A stretch of DNA of 64,000 nt, from the NCBI RefSeq assembly GCF_009834535.1, contig NC_045696.1, positions 10,108,001-10,172,000 on the forward strand. The letters run 5' to 3'. The position numbers and the translations under genes were made by a program. This stretch comes from Camelus ferus (lineage: Eukaryota). Below, piece after piece: positions 51,101-64,000 of this stretch; within the stretch, counting starts at the first letter, position 1; every line of letters begins with the position of its first letter. Under the pieces are notes generated by a model. That model saw only the letters and a program-made list of their open reading frames with translations, did no database searches and had not been told where the DNA came from.

Positions 51101-52306
51101 TTCATTCAACATGCAGTTCATTGATTAACATTCATCTATGTGGATATTATAAAACTAATCCTTTTATTCCCTCTCTGACAAAGCTTTTCTTATTTCCTTT
51201 ACACCCCAACCTTTAAAATGGACCTTAAAAAGTTTTCGTCAAAGGGAATTTTTACTTGGAAATTTAAGCCAATTTAATTAAGGTCAATCCAGCTTGGAAA
51301 GCTCACTACAAAGGAATGAAGTAAAATCTCAAAATAAGTAAGTTTATTATTGCAGATTTCCAATACTAATAATAGTACAGCACACATAGCCCATTGCTGG
51401 TGGGGGGATGAACTGTTACAGCTCTTCTGGAAAGCAATGTGACAATCAAGAGTAGGAAAAATATTCTTTACCCACGTAACCAATAATTCAACTCCTGGGA
51501 ATCTGCCCTAAGAAAATAATCCAAAATGCAAAGATCTATGCCCACAGATGTTTACTATGACTTAATTTTTAACAATTAAAAATCGAAATAATCTTCACCT
51601 AAAACTTGTACAATAATTCATAGTTACTACTTTCAATACATTGTATCAAATGAGATAACCCATCAGACTGTGAAAGCCTGGAGAAAAAAGCTACCAACCC
51701 CATCAAGAGAATAAGAAGCTACTCTGCAGAGTAACTAGCAAGGAGTGTGATTTAAATTAATACCTGTATACAGATACACAGGGAACAGCATTCTAGACTA
51801 GAGAACAGCACCAAGGGTGTGGGCAAAGCACCATATAAAAGTGTAAAATGCATCCAACAACTAGTCAACACTTCTGAATGGCGAGGAATGGAAAAGGGAC
51901 GAGAGCATAGAAGAGATGCTGCAGCGAGGAGGGCAACCCAGCAGTGGAGGGTCACCTCCAAAATGTCTTTCAATCTAAGGAGCCTTGTTTTCACTAAAGG
52001 TGGCTTCCTTTGGACACAGTCCACATAAGCAGCAGCTATACAAACTATTTAATTTTAAATTTTTATTTTCTAGAAAGTTGAGTAAAATCATACAAAAATG
52101 GTCATACTCATTACCATTTAGAAAACAGCCCATTGACAAAGTTGCAAGATAACTTACCCATACTCGAAGAGTTCTGCACAGAAATAGATGGATTAATGTT
52201 TAAAGTTACCTTTTATGATCAGAATATCTGAACCTTTATATTTTCTTCCTTCTGTGGTTATATTTCAACAGGTGACATCCAGAAATTTGACTGAAGAATG
52301 TTATTC

Positions 52307-52309
<3 letters not shown>

Positions 52310-52347
<38 letters not shown>

Positions 52348-52358
52348 GTATATATATA
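52310..52358. repeat. (TA)n microsatellite
   Basis: Read directly from the sequence. Confidence 0.95.
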
Positions 52359-52747
52359 ATAGAAATGTATATAGAGAGATGAATAATCACACTGTCTATG
52401 TGGAATTCTAACAAAGCTGCTGGTTTTTAAACCTCATACTTCACTGCAAGCTGAGCATGCTACTCCAGGGGAAATCATGGGCATTACAACAGCACTGACA
52501 GCAGCAAGACCACAAGTCATTCTGAAAAAAAGGCAAACTTCTACTGATTCTCACAGTAGGTGAGGCAGCACAGCCAGAGAACGATCAACAAGTTTGAAGT
52601 CTGCAGCTCCAGAGCATCCAGCAAGCATCCAGCTCTGGTACTTACTGGCTGTGGACCTTGTGTAAGTTGTTTAGACTATTTCTAAGCTTTAGATTCTTCA
52701 TCTGTAAAATGCAGGTAATAATAGTACCTAACTCAAAAGGCTCATAA

Positions 52748-53195
52748 TGACAAAGATGCTCTCCCTGACAAACTTTAATCAGGCTCCTCTGAGCCCTCTT
52801 CTGGCCTAGCTTCAGCCTTGGACCTGCCCCATTCTCAGTCTGCCTAGCCCAGTTTTAGCAAGAATCCTAAGTCAGTTTAATGAGAACCTCCCTACCCCTG
52901 CTACCTGATCACATCTGATATCTGATCAAGTTCCTCATCTCCAACTTTGATGTACAAGTCTTTGGCCTGCCTTTAGCAAGATTCCAGTTTGGTCGGTTCA
53001 GCAAGAATCTCCCTACCCTTGGTGTCTCCTCTTGAGTAATTTCCCATCCACTGACCCCGTTGCTCCTTGGCTATAAACCCTGATCCATCCTCGTTGTACT
53101 CAGTTGAGCCTGGTGTCTCTCTTCTACTTCAGTAGTCTTGAATAAAGTCTTCCTTACAATTTTAACAAGTGTCAGAATAATTCTTTTCTTTAACA
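52748..53195 (+). mobile_element. MER31-like ERV1 solo LTR splitting a MIR
   Basis: TG...CA ends (tgacaaaga...ctttaaca), ttagcaagaatc repeats, ggctataaa TATA, aataaa. Confidence 0.85.
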
Positions 53196-56100
53196 AGGGG
53201 AATAAAATGAGTTTTAATGTAAATAAAACACTTGGAACATTAACTTATGCACTTCTGTTCACTAACAGTAAACATTAAAAAAAACTACATGTTTAAACTC
53301 TACATAGTTCAACTTAAATCAATTAATGGCTATTTATTATATAACAGTTACTCTGATGAACATAAAGATCCAAAGAGAGAAAGGTATGGGTCCTGCCTCA
53401 AAGAGCTCACATTTAGAACAAAACCGAGAATCACTCTGTATGTCCTTCATACAATGATGGACGACAGGTCAGGGTACAAAGGCAGCAAAGAAGAGAAGCC
53501 GATCAACTCAGTGTAGTAGAAAGGTCACCAGACAAGCTTTGAAGGGTGAAGGGAAAGTTGCAGAATCACTTTCTGGGTGGAGGGCGAACAAGCAGGAGGA
53601 AAGAAGTCATTCAAAGGGCAAAGGTGTGAGGGTGGAGTTGAGACTAGACCATATCCCACTGGCACTCAGGCAGGGGAGCTACTGAGATTTAACAGGAATG
53701 TGTCAGGACCAGATTTACCTTTTTCAGTTTACTTTTTCCAGTTTGCCCCTCTGCAGCAACTAAGAAGCTGGATTTGGGAAGGTGGCAGCGTAAATCCAAA
53801 TAAACACTAATTATGTAATTGGCAAGAAAATGTAGACACTGCCTATCAACAAGTACAAAACTGAGGAGGAAAACTGAGCGCACAGTTTGTAGAAAAGCAC
53901 CAAGGGAAAGAGATCCAAAATAAACGTCAACATTAGGCAACCATAAATATTTTATTTACTGTACAACTAGTACAGATTGGTAACTACTAACTAGTGAACC
54001 ATTCTTACGAAAGAAGTGAGTTTACACCCTGCAGAACTCTACCCACACTCCCTCTCTGTCCTCCCTTCCTGATCTGGCTAACTCTTCTTGCTATTCTAAA
54101 CTTGGGCCCCATGTCTTGTTTGGAGGCTAGAATGGTTTGGGTGGCTTTCCTCTATTGTTCCCTTTGCATGCTCTAAGCTTAGAATTAAATCCAGTGTAAA
54201 CTCTTCATCTGTTCCTTAGACAAGACCAAGGTCCCTAGAGAACAAGGATTTGTTTCTGCATTTCCAGCATCTGTTACATGGTTTGGCTTATGAATGATAC
54301 ACAATGTGTACTGAATGAATGGGTCTTTGAATGAATGAATGACATAAATACTGAGAATTCCATGTGATCCCCCTTCCACCTTCAGGGGTCACCTGCATAA
54401 ACTGAGAACTATTTAAGGAGTCTTTCCCCAGTCAGATTACTGATATTGTATAATCCTACAAATGTTCAGGAACCAATTTCAATTCTCCAAAGTGATAAAT
54501 ACCAAAGTAAAAACCAAATATTGATTGTAGAAGTTCCAAGGAATACAAATTATTCCAAGGAATAGAACAGAAATGAACTCACTTTCTTACAGTACTATAT
54601 TAGCCATGCAATTTTCAACTCAATTATCTGGAATTACAACAGAAATACGCAAAACATAGTCCAACTAATAAAGCTGATGCTTAAACATATGCTTTTACAA
54701 GAAAAAAAAAAGCTATGAATTAAAACACTGATGACTTTTTAACTTAGTATTTTAACACAGGCAAGGTAGCCTTTTTTTTTTTTTTAAAGATAAACCAGGC
54801 TATTATGTTCTAGAAATTTGCTATTTTGGAAGCAATAATCAAAATGCTTAGGTTTCTCTTTATCTGCACATAGCACAAGTTTTTCTTAGAAAGAATGTTC
54901 ATTTATTTGGTCCTAAAATCAAATAAACCCAGTTTAACATCAAAGGCTTCCTTGTTTATTTTATTTATTCAGTACTAAAGTATGTTATCACTGTTTCTTA
55001 CGGACCTTTTAAAAGCAAGGAGGTTGTCACAGGATGCCAATTTAAGTTCTATGATACAATGAGGGCCACTGACAACTGGCCCTACCTATATATTTGGAAT
55101 GCTGCCCTGAGCAAGTCACCTCACTTCTTAAAAGTTAATTCATTTCCAAATGTAACAGAAGCCAACCCTTTGAGTAGGTCAAATAACAATGTAACAAAGG
55201 AGACCACCCTGTGAGAAAGAGGAACCTCTCTTGTTCCCTAAAAATGTACCATCCCAAAACCTCAGGCTCTCCAGTTCTATAAATTCAGCAGCATCAAAAC
55301 CTAAATATATCACAGATTCTCATTATGTGAAAATCTCATGCTTAGATATGCATTCCAGTGAGGCTGGGAAATCCTTTAAGTAGTACTAAAATTAGAATTT
55401 TTCAACCTTAACTAATACAAAGTTGGCCAACTACCGTTGGGACTAAAAGAAAATGAGTATTCCGCAAAATATACGTGAAGAATGTTCAAACTTTTCCAAA
55501 CAATACAACCCAAACCAGATAAGGGGAACAAGAAGCACACAATGCAAGCCCAGAAAAACTGAGGAGTCTAGTGACATCACAGATCTGCTCACTCATTCAT
55601 GCCACCTAACGTGAAGGATCTCATTCTGACTTTATTAGACAGCACTAAACTTCCCTGCAGTAGTTAGCCAAGCAGATCATCCATCCGGAAATGTAAGATA
55701 TAAAATAGTGGGGGTGAGGGGAAACAAGACAAAAATTGCATTCAAGACCACCAGGCAGCAGGCAAACAGATTCAGACTACCCAGGCACAGACAGTGAAAT
55801 GTACTGTAAACAGTAACTCTACGCTGAAAGGGGAGAGGCCAGAGGATACACAGGCGAGCACTTAGCACAGTTCAATTGCCTTGCCATTAACTGAGCCATC
55901 TATCCAGAATCATCACTGTGTACTAAAAATAGGACACAAGATTGCTTCTGTAGCATCCCAGCTGCTAAAAATGTTAAGAGAACAAATTTCAAAACATGTA
56001 GCAGAACCTGTACTGGGAAAAGAGAGAAATCAGTGTATGCTTCTAGCGTCAAAAACACAAATCAAGAAAAATAAGATGTTAATAACACCTTGCTTTTATA

Positions 56101-57481
56101 TAGCACCTATCTGTGAAGCAGCACAAATATTTTTACAAATTAAAAAAAAAATCTAATTATAGGACTTCTAACAACATCTCTGTGAAATAGATGGAATGTA
56201 AATATAATTAATTCTGTCTAGCTACTGAAGAAAATAAGACATATTTAATCATACTGCAAGTTAGATTCCCAATCTCGCTCAGTCCAGCACTTCCAGCATC
56301 CCATACAGCCAAGTCACCTGTTACCCTAGGGACTGTAACAAAAGTAAAATACAAACATGAACCCCACAGCTTTATATGTGCAAGAACTAAACACAAAGAA
56401 TTAACTAAGTCAAAATTGGTTTTAGTTTTAGAAGGAAACCAGTTCAAGTATTCTATTTAATCTGTTGAATCTACTTTTGTTTAGAAGTCAAGAAACTTTT
56501 ATGATGATTACTATTAAAGCTAATTGAAATTTAGAAATCATAGAGAAAAGTAAAAATTCTGTTTCTCACATCCTTCAATATAAACTGACAGTTTTATGCC
56601 TCCTTCAAAGGACAAAAGGAATTCAGCTTAAAGTGCAAGGTGAAAGCATACAAAAAGGCACACTGGCCTGCGAAACCAATAGGTTTAACAACAAAAGATG
56701 AGTCAACCAACACCTGTAAATCTCCAGTACTTGAAAGAATATTTTATTTTGACTCAAAAGAGGAATTAAATTGTCCTACTGATGGCCAGGAAAAGAGATC
56801 ACCTTTAAGTGTTTTATTTGTGCTTTTTAAAAGCTATTATTATGAGGTAGCTTTAAAAGCTAGTATATTATTACAGTATTAAGGGGCACTTCCTAAATAT
56901 ATCCAACATGTCTATCTTCTCACAAAGCCAAGTCCTGGTGAACTAATTCTTTCTTCCTTTCAATACTATGTAGATAAGGCACAGCCAAAGCAGTGCAGGA
57001 TGACTAAACCTGAACTTGCTACAGGAATTTCCAAACAGATAAGAACTTAAGAACTTGCAAATACGTGCCTATTTGAAAGACAAGAGAAACTTGAAGAAAG
57101 TTTCCAGTGAAAATATGAGCTCCTTTCTCAAAAGGTAAACTCCTCAATACAGAGCCTGTCTCCTTATAAATTCTATTCAGCCCTTAGAGTCTGTGCTATT
57201 GCCAAGAGGGAAAATGGCTTCTACTGTCATTATCAAAAGCAATTCACTTTAATGAAACGATACGAGGTCTAGAATTTGCTTCAAAATCTAGAGTTGGGAT
57301 TGGAGGGATGGATGAAACAAAACTGACCAAGAGTTAACAGTTACTGAAGCTGGGCAGTGGATATGATCTCGGGGTTAACTACTCCCTTGACTTCTATAGC
57401 TGTTGGAATTTTTCATAATAAAAGGTTAAATAGAGAAAGAGAAGAAATCTAGTTTTAGAAAGCAAATGCCTCTCAACTAGC

Positions 57482-58376
57482 TGATAGTGAAAGAGAGTAG
57501 GACCCTGTGGGCACCCCTAACCCTTATCTCTGGTTTATAGAAAAGCTGAAGTCTCGCAGGCCTCCCTGAGTCACAGAAGAGCAGGCTCAAGCAGTTGATT
57601 AGGACAAGCCTGCAGGCACTGGGGGGTGGCAATGGCTCTAACCACCTATCTAGACAGCTGAGATTACTGCCCCATTTCCCTTTAAAACTTTCATGGCTGA
57701 ACAGAATCTTTGGAGATGGTTTTGGGGGTGGGTGGATCCACCAGATCGCAGGCATTCTGATTAAAAGCAATTTTCCTTTTTGTTACCAAGGCTGTTGCCC
57801 CCAGGATCATACCGTCTTCTCCCCTCCCTGTAATAGAAACCAATTACTCTTATCTAAGTCTCAGGGGGCAGCTGCAGAGAAGAAATAAAAACTGGTTAGA
57901 ATCCACCCAGTCCAAGATGGTGAAGGATTTCACTTCCAGTAGACCTTGAGCCTCATTATATGCTCATTGTAATATATTAACATGCTAAATGATACACCCA
58001 CCAGTGCCATGACAGTTGATGATTCCCATGACAACAACAGGAAAAGCCCATACAAGAACTGAAAAACGCAAACAAGGACTGAGTGGCTCCATCACACCCA
58101 GAAGGAGGACATGATGGCAGGAGCCTCTCATCAAAGTCCATGTGGCCCAACCCGGGCCGGAACCGCCGCCCATCTTAGCTGACAGCTCTCAGCACCTCTT
58201 CCTCGCTTTTCTTCCCTTCTCTCTGCTGAGCACTTTCCTTTCATTTCCCCTTCTGAGCAATAAAGTGGCTGTTCACTTCATCCCTCTGCCTCTGCTGTGC
58301 AAATTCTTTCACAGCCCATGGCAAGAACCCACACTTTGGTGGGCTTCCTAATTTAGGGGTCCTTCCATCGCTAACA
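57482..58376 (+). mobile_element. Composite ERV LTR: a 300-bp LTR-like unit followed by a MER41-like LTR unit starting at 57781
   Basis: TG start and ctaaCA end; two poly(A)-signal regions (attaaa about 57760, aataaa about 58259); flanks ctagc / gtagc. Confidence 0.7.
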
Positions 58377-60646
58377 GTAGCTTATAGAAATACTTAACTG
58401 AAAATTCAAGAGGAATATAATACAGTAAGAATTATTAAATTCTTTATAGTTATAAAACTATTAGGATGAACCTATGGTTTTTCTGTTGTTCACACAGGAG
58501 TGAAAGAATAAATTAAGAAATTACCTCTCTAAATTGCTGTTTTCTCCTTTATATACAGTCATTGCAATTAAGCCTGATTAAAAAGAATGGTCATTTTTTT
58601 TTCTTCATCCTGACAAAAGACACTCTTTACAAAATAAAGGAAATTATGAGATACCCTAGGGAAACTGTTTCTATCCCCAAATTGAGGCTTTTAATAAAGT
58701 TTAGCAAATTTTAAGCTATCCTTTACATCAGTTACCAAGACCTAAGCTTAGATTAAACTAAATTAAGCTGATTTTTAACATATTACTTTAATCTTGATAA
58801 CAGTCTCATAAATCATGCTAATCCATATTTGGAAATTTTCATTCTTTTAAATTCTGCTAAAAACTGCAACACAAAAGAGACCAAAGCCCTGATGTCTTTT
58901 ATTCAACAGAATCAGTACTGTGATAAGGACCATCAAGTTCACTTTAGCCTTCAGAATTGATCTGAGACACTTGACAACCAGGATGAATGTCTGACCTGTG
59001 AGTTAACCACAATAATGGACACTTTTCTTAAAAGAGAGAAATGTTAAGATTAGATAAGCAATCACATGGAAACTCAAAGTTATCACAGAATCACATTTCT
59101 TTAAGAAGTTATCAGCACTCTCTCAATGCAGAGTTTCCCGAGATACCTTAGTAGAACTGGGAAAATTACAATCGAGGATGGGAACCGAAGAATAACTTGC
59201 AGGGCCCACATTAGTCTCAGACGTTACGTGATGGTTCTTTCTCCTGCTTCCCCTCCCTTTCTCCTTTTGATCTGGGAGCTTTACTCAGAGGCATCTGCTT
59301 CAACAGCAAACATTCTGATTATTTAAACTGTCGCTCTGCACACATTCCTAACCTATTTGGCAGAGCAGACATTTCAAACACGGACAACAACTCTGACAAT
59401 TAGAATAGAAAAATTCACCAAAAGTCAGAAATTGGTCACTGAGTTCCCTGAGTCTATATTTGCTATTTCAAAATATTTGGAAATTACATTAAGTCCAGAA
59501 ATATTAGAAAGAGTTTAATAGTTTGGTTAATCATGTGATCTATATGGTAACTTCTAGCACCCCAATCAGATCCCTTTATAAAATGGACACAAAAAGTATC
59601 TTTTAGTAACATATAAGGAATTCAGCCTCTGCATTCCAGGAGACAAATCAGTTCTCAGATCTACACTGACACAGCAAATATTTCATGCATTCTCCTCAGC
59701 AGGGTGGATTTCCAGCACTCTGAGGGGCCGGAAGATTCAAGAGTCAGCCATGTTTCCAAAGCTTAGAGGGAAGATGATTAATGATACAAAAGAACAAGGC
59801 ACAGTGAACTTTAACGAAGGGCTGCTTACAAAAGATCCGTTGCTAACTGAAAAGTGCTTCAACCTTACATAAAGAGGGCACTCAATACATAGGTTCAAGC
59901 AGGGGCGACCTTCTTGAATGACTCCCATTAAACTTATCTAGCACATCAGTCACAGAAAGATAATAGGACTAAAATCAACATAGCATCAAATTTTTAACTT
60001 TCCAAAGACTGAAAACTCCAAGATATGACAAAGTGATCTCTGAGTAAAAGACGAAAAAGACAAAAAAAAAAAAAAAAAAAAAAAAAAAAGAAAACTTGAT
60101 GTTCCAGGTATTGATTACCTAGTCTGAGAATCATCTTATTTTTCAGGCCTTCTCTCTACCTTTCATAATTCTTTTGCTCGTCTCCATGCTTGCTGCAGTG
60201 AACAAGAAATAGGGTTTAACTTTCTTGACTGAGTGAAGAGTTCATATGGAGAAGTACAGAGTCGGGAAGAGAGAGAGAAAACAAGGGGAAGTTAAAATTA
60301 ATCTTACAATACTCATTTACATCATCCATGACCCTTACAATTATTGACTCACAACATTATGTGTTAAGCAAGAGATACTGCAAAAAGTAGAAAAAAAAAG
60401 TTATCACAATACAACTATAAGCATGGACAAGGTTCCAAAACTATATGGAGAAAAAAGGAGGAAAAGAAAATATAGTGGGATATTTAATAAACATTATCAG
60501 TAGTGGTCCTGTGTAGCCAGAATAGAAGATGATCATTTCCTTGCTTGTATTTAATGCACATTTTTCAAATTTTCTATAATGAATATGTAGGTCACTAAAA
60601 AACAATATTTTGGTATGGCAAAAATGACCCCCAAAAAAGCATTTTT

Positions 60647-60721
60647 TTTTTTTTTTTTAGTAAAAGTAGATTTATTCAGAGAGATACACACTCCATAGAC
60701 AGATTGAGGGCTGTTTCCCGC
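60647..60721 (-). mobile_element. Short polyadenylated retrocopy (LTR R-region-like) with 12-bp TSD
   Basis: TSD aaaagcattttt at 60635-60646 and 60722-60733; AATAAA 12 nt before the A-tail. Confidence 0.75.
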
Positions 60722-62109
60722 AAAAGCATTTTTCATTTAATAAATAACAGGTGTAATTTATAGGAAATGCTCTATAAAACTGTTTCAAGCTAAGCTGCAA
60801 AAGACACAAAGATAATTTAAAAAAAAAGACTTTCTTACTATTGTTAGGTCTTTGTCCACTAATCCAACAAACATTTACTAAGCAGTTACCATGTATTAAA
60901 TCCACTGTCTGCTGAGATCCCCAAAAATGGTGATGAAGGTACACTAGTAAATTCTCACTACCAAGGTGCTTGAAAACGTAGGCTGCAAACCTTCCTGCCC
61001 CACCTCCAACTTTAAACACCCTCCAAAAACCTAGGAAACCTTTTTGTAATGTCACTACATCCAAAAAAATACTGCAACAGCTAGTGTTCTATTATGGATT
61101 TTTTCATTCTTCCATCCTGGGTCCTGGAAAAAGCCCACAAAGGGCATTAATGTGAGAAATAAACTTTTGTTGTTGTAAACTACTAGGATTTGGGGATTGT
61201 CCCTACAGCATAATTTAGCAAAAGCTTACGAAGTCATCATATACCCCTGACTAAACTTTGATAAAGACTATCACTCACCAACGGGCAGGAGGTAGAAATA
61301 AGTAACCTCCACTATCATTTACAACTTAATCTTGTGAGAGGCAGATAACAATTTGGCCTCCAACCAGGCAGTCACTAGCCCACTGCTTGTTTTGTTCTGC
61401 TTTGTTTTCTCTCCAAAAGTCTGGGCAGACCAATTTGCTACACTTCAGGCATTCAGAGCCATCCTCTCATTCAACCCTTGAGACATGTATGAAATTTCCT
61501 TCCTTGAAAATCCTCAAAAAATTGTGCTAGTGAAAATATTCCACAGGACAAAAGAGAACAAGAAATGTCCAGAGAAATGAAATCTACTACTTTCCTTTGA
61601 AATAAATTAAGTGTAAGAGTCATTGCTGCACACTTGAAACTAGTATAATGCTATATGTCAAATATATCTTAATTTTTTAATTAACTGTAAGTTATTTTTA
61701 AAATTAGAAGACATTTTGCTTTAGAAACAGTAAAATGCAAAAGAATATTGTATCTATTAAATAATAGACTCCTGGGAAAAGAGCAGGCCAAGCTAAACAG
61801 AACACACCTAAAATAAAAGAGAATTTAAAAGTCAAAAACACAAAAAGAAAGGAAGTTACTAAATTGAATACAGCATCATATCAAAGAAAAAGCTATATGT
61901 GATTAAAAAAATTTTTTGCTTTGATAAAAATATATAATCCACAATGAAAGGAACAGTTATAAAACTTTATACTCCCAATGCTATAACATGAAAACACACA
62001 AGCCAAAAACAAAAGGCAATCTCTTTGTACTCACTGGCTAAAAGGCAGAAAGTAGTAACTCAAAACACAACTGAGATGAGTTTCTGATTAATAAGAGAAG
62101 CAAGAAACT

Positions 62110-62289
62110 GATACAAACTACTACAAACCAAACAGATAAACAAAGTCCTGCTGTATACCACAGCATATTCAATAGCTTATAACAACTTACGATGAAAAAG
62201 ACTACATATAGACATGTAACTGAATCACTACGCTGTACACCAGAAACAAACACAACATTGTAAATCAACTGTACTTCAATTTAAAAAAA
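62110..62289 (+). mobile_element. Lineage L1 3' end with 17-bp TSD
   Basis: TSD aagagaagcaagaaact / aagagtagccagaaact; tgaatcactacgctgtacaccagaaac motif. Confidence 0.88.
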
Positions 62290-62494
62290 AAGAGTAGCCA
62301 GAAACTAAAATACTGAAATTGTCATAAGACAACTATCACAAAAATCAACTAATACTTAGAGAGGAGCAACCTGGTACAGAGTTACCAATGCAGTAAAGGA
62401 GTTAAACAGGAAGCACAGTCATAAACTACACTACCATGTACATATAAATCAAGGTGAATATGTTTGTATGTATGAATAACACACCTGGAACAAA

Positions 62495-62556
62495 AATATT
62501 TACACAATAAAGCTATACAAATGTTAATATTTACACAATAAAGCTATACGAATGGT
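62495..62556. repeat. 31-bp tandem duplication (aatatttacacaataaagctatac...)
   Basis: Two near-identical adjacent copies. Confidence 0.85.
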
Positions 62557-62959
62557 TTGGCTTGAGACTCAGGAAGCACTCCTTAGAAAGGGTATATATA
62601 AGATGATATAATCTCATAACCATCCTAATTATAGGATAAAAACAATCTATGCTATGCAATTCAGTACGTAAAGAAAGCGTACTCTTGAGCAAGAAATGTT
62701 TAAAATCATGGTGTATTCATGCTTGCCCCTTCAGGTTAAAAAGTCAGGAACCATGTAACCAATACCTTTATGAAATGAATGCAACATTCCGAGAGAAATG
62801 TCAAATTAAAATCTCTTCTTCCTCACCCAGTCTTGGAGTAAATTCTTATCTTCAAACTTTTGTTAACCAAGAAAACTGTCTGTAAACAAAACCTCATATT
62901 AGGGCTCAAGATTTAAAAGCTGAGCTGCTCTGATTAAAGTGAGAGTTGGCACTACAGAG

Positions 62960-64000
62960 TGGGAGCAGTTCCATAAATGATTACCAAGTACCTCCCACCA
63001 GTAGCTCCATGAACCAGGCACTGGGCTACACACAGGGAATTTAGAAGGGAACAAAACAGAATCTCTGCCCTCAGGGAGCTTACATTCTAGAATGGGGAGA
63101 AAGCTAATAAACACGTAAAACAAAAAAATACGAACATTTCACATACAGAGAACAACTCCGAAGGAAATGAGATAGGGACACAAGGCAGATGAAGACTAGA
63201 AACAGCATTTGGGGTTTCTCCACGGGCCTGGGTAGCTAAGGAGAGCCTCTTAAAGACATCACAGTGGTTTCTGGGAAGTTCTAGAGAAGGTTCAGCCAGT
63301 GCAAAGACCCACAGAAAGAAAAGAATCTGTTCAAGGAAGAGAAAGAAGCCAGTCTGGCAGGAACAAAGTAAACAAAGGGAGTGTGGAAAACACAAGAGGA
63401 CATCGGAGAGGCAACAGAGACCAGAATACAAGCATCTCTTAAAGTGAGGCTTGAGTTTTATTTTAAGTGTAACAGGAAGTCTCTGAAAGGTTTTAAGCAA
63501 GGGTATAACATGATCTGATTTACAGTGTAGAAGCTGCTAGGTGAAACAGATTCCATACAGGCCAAGCAGAATCAAGAAAACCAGCGAGGAGATCACGGCA
63601 GACACTCATGTGAGAGACAGTGGTGGCCAGGACTAACATTTGAACGCTGGAAATGACAAGGAGTGGTCAAATTTGGGATATCCTTTGAACAGAAAGCCTA
63701 CAGAACTTAACAATGGAGTAGATACACAGTGGGTGGGAGAGAGGAATCAAGGAGAGCAGTGAGGTTTCTGGCCTGTGCAACTGGGTGGATAAGGTACCAT
63801 TTTCTCTGAAGGAAAGGTCTGGGGTGTGCAGATTAGACTGGGGATAGCATCAGGAATTCTGTTTTGACCATGTTAATTTCAAGCAGCCTGCCATTAGGTG
63901 TGCCCAAGAAGATCTGCCTAGCAGGTGCCGCGCTGATCATCTAAGTCTGTAGATCTTGGGAGAAGTTGGAGCTGGAACTACTCATATTTTTGCTCAGCCC
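62960..64000 (-). mobile_element. L2 LINE fragment (about 1 kb)
   Basis: ctgccctcagggagcttacattctag and ggttttaagcaagggtataacatgatctgattt motifs. Confidence 0.85.

Larger units (their letters stand above)
1..64000 (-). other. ITSN1: ITSN1 (intersectin 1) gene body, partial: part of intron 1, exons 2-14 and the start of intron 14; both gene ends lie outside the window
   Basis: 13 exons splice in frame to 532 codons matching the recalled N-terminus of intersectin 1 (EH1, EH2, coiled coil). Confidence 0.97.

Noticed and set aside
1..64000. CRISPR arrays, operons or other prokaryote-type systems
   Set aside because: The sequence is a mammalian intron-exon locus with no regularly spaced repeat-spacer structure.

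Overview
This is mammalian genomic DNA (AT-rich and repeat-dense), most likely from a camelid, judging by nine tRNA-Ala(AGC)-derived Vic-1-like SINEs. The window lies inside intersectin 1 (ITSN1) on the minus strand. I traced 13 consecutive coding exons (exons 2-14 in human numbering, as recalled), all with GT-AG boundaries and matching phases. Together they give 1596 nt (532 codons), from MAQFPTPFGG through EH1, EH2 and the first part of the KLERQ-rich coiled coil. The gene continues past position 1, and 40617-64000 is part of the long first intron. The rest is intronic, with L1, L2, MIR, hAT-type DNA transposons, solo LTRs and microsatellites; repeat family names are from recalled consensus sequences and their boundaries are approximate. 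I found no convincing new gene system. The best leads are unusual retro-element structures (an L1 5'-end joined to an L1 3'-end inside one TSD, a SINE carrying an L1 3'-end inside one TSD, and an L1-mobilised polyadenylated LTR-like fragment) and a shifted internal splice acceptor in exon 6.
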